Shown piece by piece: positions 63,717 through 64,000 of a stretch of DNA of 64,000 bases (positions are counted from its first letter, which is position 1; the number at the start of each line of letters is the position of its first letter). The translations under genes were made by a program, and so were the position numbers. Source of the DNA: Thermodesulfovibrionia bacterium (GTDB lineage: Bacteria > Nitrospirota > Thermodesulfovibrionia > UBA6902); assembly GCA_945787795.1 (NCBI GenBank), contig CALZJD010000001.1:5776-69775 (forward strand), read 5' to 3'. Below the pieces are notes generated by a model. It had not been told where the DNA came from. It saw nothing but the letters and a program-made list of their open reading frames with translations, and made no database searches.

Positions 63717-64000
63717 TTATGCATCAGGCTGATTAATGAGATCATTCTGTATTGCATAATGTATTAATTGAGCAATATTATTCATATTCATCTTATTCAG
63801 AATACGGGCTCGATAGGTGCTGATCGTCTTATCACTCAACGCCAGTTTCATCGCGATTTGTTTTACAGATTTCCCTGTGGCCGTCATACACATAACCTCA
63901 TATTCACGATCTGAGAGAGTTTCGTGAAGAGCTTTATTATTATCTTCCTCAACGTAGCACGCTATTTTGTCGGCAAGAGATGGGCTAATGTATCTTTTCC
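63717..64000 (-). CDS. Second NarL/FixJ (LuxR-type) response regulator, C-terminal fragment (gene starts beyond the right edge)
   Basis: My translation is ...KRYISPSLADKIACYVEEDNNKALHETLSDREYEVMCMTATGKSVKQIAMKLALSDKTISTYRARILNKMNMNNIAQLIHYAIQNDLINQPDA*, with the stop at 63719-63717. It is clearly paralogous to 62698-63348. Confidence 0.8.
   Translation of the reverse strand, partial: KRYISPSLADKIACYVEEDNNKALHETLSDREYEVMCMTATGKSVKQIAMKLALSDKTISTYRARILNKMNMNNIAQLIHYAIQNDLINQPDA

Noticed and set aside
1-64000. CRISPR arrays, tRNA/rRNA genes, IS transposases, integrases, and toxin-antitoxin or phage-defence genes.
   Set aside because: I noticed no regularly spaced direct repeats, no cloverleaf-like GC-rich segments in spacers, and no ORFs with DDE, tyrosine-recombinase, nuclease or defence-type motifs. 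The scan was visual only, so small RNAs cannot be excluded.

Overview
This 64-kb window is one large, co-directional envelope-glycan / exopolysaccharide (EPS) locus from a low-GC, Gram-negative-type bacterium. All of the roughly 50 credible genes lie on the minus strand. I recognised no rRNA, tRNA, CRISPR, transposase or phage genes. Family calls rest on motifs read by eye, because no searches could be run.

In transcription order (high to low coordinates) the window contains:
1. Two tandem LuxR/NarL-type response regulators.
2. The canonical PEP-CTERM/XrtA-type EPS core (62383-52656): a PrsT-like TPR lipoprotein, an EpsB-type polyprenyl glycosylphosphotransferase, a Wza-like exporter, a chain-length determinant, a separate BY tyrosine kinase with a Tyr cluster, an outer-membrane beta-barrel and an ExeA-like ATPase.
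3. A 17-kb tightly coupled operon (52384-35246). It encodes an active plus a catalytically dead GtrB/ArnC-like polyprenyl-phosphate glycosyltransferase pair, an orphan HxH protein, GT4 enzymes, a GlpD-family flavoenzyme, two AsnB amidotransferases, a methyltransferase, an SDR, an alpha/beta hydrolase, a NodU/CmcH carbamoyltransferase and a GC-rich secreted orphan protein.
4. A Gfo/Idh/MocA-SDR fusion.
5. A very AT-rich cassette holding a truncated GT4 pseudogene, a GT2 and a second Wzx flippase.
6. A 901-aa secreted multidomain glycoside-hydrolase-like protein with a sharp internal GC shift.
7. A deacetylase-wecB pair.
8. A long Wzx/Wzy-type assembly operon (23128 to beyond position 1). It encodes GT2, GT4 and GT-C transferases, three methyltransferases, a CE4 deacetylase, an O-antigen-ligase-like protein, a membrane transglutaminase-like protein, a third AsnB, a rifampin-phosphotransferase/Cj1418-like swivel-His phosphotransferase, a FemAB-like protein and a B12-radical-SAM fragment.

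No exosortase and no PEP-CTERM substrate lies within the window.

The most interesting candidates are:
- the 52384-35246 operon as an undescribed lipid-linked glycan tailoring pathway;
- the PpsA-like kinase;
- a TGTAGGATT / TGTAGG..CTTACA operator-like motif seen upstream of three transcription units;
- nested inverted-repeat elements in two intergenic spacers.
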